Shown here: one piece after another, positions 49,401 through 51,296 of the stretch
Layout of the letters: each line of letters starts with the position of its first letter
Position numbering within the stretch: the stretch's first letter is position 1
Source: Promethearchaeia archaeon
GTDB taxonomy: Archaea > Asgardarchaeota > Lokiarchaeia > Sigyniarchaeales > SOKP01
Assembly: GCA_029856125.1 (NCBI GenBank)
Contig: JAHQWJ010000025.1
Span: 1-51,296 of the forward strand
Direction: 5' to 3'
Length of the DNA stretch: 51,296 nt
Notes under the pieces: model-generated
The model's input: the letters and a program-made list of their open reading frames with translations, nothing else
Told to the model about the DNA's origin: nothing
Database searches by the model: none
Position numbers and translations under genes: made by a program

Positions 49401-50438
49401 AATCGACTGAATTCTTTACCAATGTCTCTTGGTAACATTCACTCACTTCGAGCAATCGACTTATCACGAAACTTTTTAGTAAATTTACCAGAATCAATTG
49501 GGAATCTTAATTCACTCAATTCTCTAGATTTAGGACATAATAAAATAACAGCACTTCCAGAATCTATAGGGAATATAACTTCACTTGAAGAATTGAGTTT
49601 GAAAGGAAATAAAATTACAAACATATTGGAACTCATAAATAACCTTCCTAGATCACTCCGGATACTTGATTTATCAGATAATAATTTAACAAGCTTACCA
49701 GAAACTATAAATAGACTTCAGTCTCTCCTATCATTAGATTTATCAAGCAACAATTTAGCATCCATACCAGAATCAATTGGCGATCTCACTTTACTTCATT
49801 CTCTAGATTTATCTTATAACAAGATAAATATACTCCCACCGTCTATTGGAGATTTAACATCACTCAAAAAGATTAATATGGGGTGGAATAGAATCAAAAA
49901 TCTTCCTAATACTATTGGAAATCTCTTTAATCTAAAAAGATTACAAATAAATAACAATCAAATCTCCTCCCTTCCAGAATCCATTGGAAACCTTATATCC
50001 TTAGAGGAAATACTTTTAAGTAATAATAAGTTATCTTTTCTCCCAAAGTCCATAGGAAATCTTCCCCTATTAAAATATCTAAGTTTACAGATCAATAAAT
50101 TATCGAATCTCCCCAAGACAATTTGTAATATCAAATCTCTTAAAAGTTTATTTTTACGGTGCAATGGTCTAACAAAACTTCCGGAATTTTTAGGGAATCT
50201 ACATTCATTGGAAAGACTAGGATTAGATACTAATCAATTGAAAACTCTTCCAGAATCCATTGGGCATCTTTCTTCACTAAAAGATTTAACTTTATTTCAT
50301 AATCCATTAAAATTCCTTCCAGAATCCATTGAAAATCTAACTTCTCTTGAAATTAGTTTAGACTACACTCAATCATCGACTCTTAAAGATATAATCAAAA
50401 AATTAGAGAAAAGGGGAATAAGAGTTTTGAGTTTATAA
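46437..50438 (+). CDS. Large LRR protein: ITLKLE N-terminal domain, helical (HEAT/ARM-like) middle and about 15 C-terminal LRRs
   Basis: Repeated LxxLxLxxNxLxxLPESIGNL units from about 49320. Confidence 0.9.
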   Translation: MKTEFKKVCKINKLITLKLEKNGWIEIFIEDELIAGMTKNPENLPPEVYFEKLCRKMKNWVNTNYDCTLIDVSIAFRLLEKLIEVGDRTVKIAMKREYLKKIKSIVHETDIKYIDELNYLLDAQFVKYFDSGELNKVLSNFNLPLFKIILRKLIHFEDYGEKRHSIWALNKIANFTPIVIDDYISENFLDSKYDILFCLVKEGILNKISIDNLFILFERPNSKIKEFLLLCLKNDDKNVRSNAAEILCKGNQIIINYIKNEVLKTGDHEKIIFLQNLLKSGYFVFINDDDLRHFLEDLNQNLLIELVNISIENLIQLLESKNYESRIIKENLILPSLKRIVSNSEDSIKKVFEENIVNLVNKEKFLMNFYLFSGGYLAYLRESEKLIYFSAISSKILDKFEKESNKIDRYEREILLKGFSNLGIDSIGLLFKLLSTKIMREWKKSLSDILIKIGDENRELIRKELFNLFLSLEYEELSDILYFGKLIDYLEKDDLIKLSDNIQAKLMQKIKLALEDDYESTAINLLIKMEEYGIETLLEWLKYANTEYFDSFILEFLKSLKKNVLIPLLQEALIDIIRSKDFKGLLNLIHHDLIKILSKEEILSIFWTEDKLITSLVDLLEKKSINSFTFSYPLRIICEVIGPEAENLLLRVFIHEVINDECEYSDERDFGPRIFNLMKKEIFEFERGKDTIIIGNKKMSSAIQGSVLLSTINVMNDTEKEKIIQNREILRQIFILYNNSGFPNKTPFDFFNNAQLRQIPLRCLAFSFFMEEDILGISSLLSIWGFSFNKLIDTLELEDWREIIEKPNFNFIELITKAMLLELDKSYSPNNFTNKWLVEYMGQVRGKLKEQIKVKIIDSFQQKNVHAILGIFSMDYHYYISEEEIIILIEGSIEACIKAQKIKKNDTLDFYIQRIHDIPKIGEIELQKLSEREKVIFQELKNSLLVSINDIKIENGKIIGLELKSRALNELPKYIMQLTYLEELNLSQNRLNSLPMSLGNIHSLRAIDLSRNFLVNLPESIGNLNSLNSLDLGHNKITALPESIGNITSLEELSLKGNKITNILELINNLPRSLRILDLSDNNLTSLPETINRLQSLLSLDLSSNNLASIPESIGDLTLLHSLDLSYNKINILPPSIGDLTSLKKINMGWNRIKNLPNTIGNLFNLKRLQINNNQISSLPESIGNLISLEEILLSNNKLSFLPKSIGNLPLLKYLSLQINKLSNLPKTICNIKSLKSLFLRCNGLTKLPEFLGNLHSLERLGLDTNQLKTLPESIGHLSSLKDLTLFHNPLKFLPESIENLTSLEISLDYTQSSTLKDIIKKLEKRGIRVLSL

Positions 50439-50490
50439 TAGGATAGTATTCTTGTTGATAATTATAAAATTAAAGATTAAACCTAAAAAA

Positions 50491-50571
50491 ATGAAAGAAT
50501 TCAAGGTTAAAGAGTACATCACGCTGAAGTTGGAAAGGGAAGTAATAAAAATTATATATTTTGAATTTTAG
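50491..50571 (+). pseudogene. N-terminal relic of an ITLKLE-family gene
   Basis: MKEFKVKEYITLKLEREVIKIIYFEF* resembles KINKLITLKLEKNGWIEIFI in the upstream LRR protein; TTATAAA box about 25 nt upstream. Confidence 0.6.
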
Positions 50572-50651
50572 ATATGATTTAATATTTAAGAGATTAAATA
50601 AGAAACATAGGCAGAACCTTGCTGATATTTTTTTAAAAAGAGGATAGCGAT

Positions 50652-51131
50652 CTATAAATGACTTATCGAATCTGAACTAAATAGTTCTTCTAATTCTTTC
50701 TTAATTTCGCCTTGATCTTCTTGAAGATACCTATCCAATACAGAAGAAATCTTTTTTGAGTATTTGTTCATAATTGCTCTCACGAGCCCTATTTGAATAT
50801 TTTTATCTGTTGCAATACACAAAATTCCCTTCCCGACTTTTAGCGAAAAGATCATTCCTTTAAAATATTCAGTTATTTGTAAATGTATATTCCCATACCC
50901 TAAGATATATCCTTGTTCCTCGCCAGCTGTAAATACAGCTCCTCCAATTGCTCCTATTTTTTCAACAGATATCTCTTCTTCGGTAGGAGACTTCAATATG
51001 AATTTTGATTCGCTCATTATTGTGATTCCCGTATCGTCGATGATTATAGCGTATTTTAAACCGGGCGTGCTATTAATAATATCCTTAAGTATTTTCTTTA
51101 AAATGCGTTCATCGTTAGAATAATTCATCAT
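50652..51131 (-). CDS. Roadblock/LC7 (MglB/LAMTOR-like) domain protein
   Basis: PGLKYAIIIDDTGITI, IGAIGGAVF, LQITEYFKGMIF and IGLVR pattern. Confidence 0.85.
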   Translation of the reverse strand: MMNYSNDERILKKILKDIINSTPGLKYAIIIDDTGITIMSESKFILKSPTEEEISVEKIGAIGGAVFTAGEEQGYILGYGNIHLQITEYFKGMIFSLKVGKGILCIATDKNIQIGLVRAIMNKYSKKISSVLDRYLQEDQGEIKKELEELFSSDSISHL

Positions 51132-51296
51132 TAGAATAACACCTTCTTTTTGAGCGATAATCCTTCTTCTAGAGTGTGTTTTATTATTTTAAAAAGAATT
51201 TATTTAAAGTAAACTCTACTCACTTTCTTTATATAAAAATAAAAGTTAATCTATAAAAACTTAATTCACTCTAAATAGTTTTATATTGCGTAACGA

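Noticed and set aside
91-50164. Numerous short ORFs nested in or antisense to long genes (e.g. 26115-26651, 17101-17520, 35982-36347, 10043-10429)
   Set aside because: Overlap well-supported genes and lack motifs
49320-50350. Periodic nucleotide repeats (CCAGAATC(A/C)ATTGG) suggesting a CRISPR array or DGR
   Set aside because: Explained by in-frame LRR coding repeats; no cas or reverse transcriptase gene is present
1-51296. Selenocysteine read-through, tRNA or rRNA genes
   Set aside because: No in-frame TGA interrupting a conserved domain and no cloverleaf or rRNA-like segment was recognised

Overview
AT-rich archaeal chromosomal segment, most consistent with an Asgard (Lokiarchaeia-like) genome: ribosomal protein eS26, TrmY, RNase Z, CdhE, a roadblock/LC7 protein, an alpha-SNAP-like repeat protein and LRR proteins with an 'ITLKLE' N-terminus. 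It carries a sulfur/oxidative-stress cluster (tusA-iscS-iscU fusion-CoA-disulfide reductase/rhodanese-rubrerythrin-desulfoferrodoxin), C1/corrinoid genes and a divergently split ECF Co/Ni transporter. Several signals are not explained by the ORF track. (1) A ~150-nt structured element upstream of the corrinoid-protein gene has a 3' strand that can pair either with its own 5' end or with a near-identical copy covering that gene's start codon, i.e. a candidate RNA switch or antisense sRNA. (2) A ~420-nt structured ncRNA candidate of unknown family, bounded by a promoter and a terminator, lies at 45800-46229. (3) A ~2-kb accessory islet is bounded by a diverged duplication of the corrinoid gene's 3' end. 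(4) At least five genes appear to start at ATT, including eS26 and a GG-ending ubiquitin-like sulfur carrier, both missed by the ORF track. No CRISPR array, tRNA, rRNA, integrase or transposase was recognised. All calls come from reading the sequence by eye; no searches or folding programs were run.
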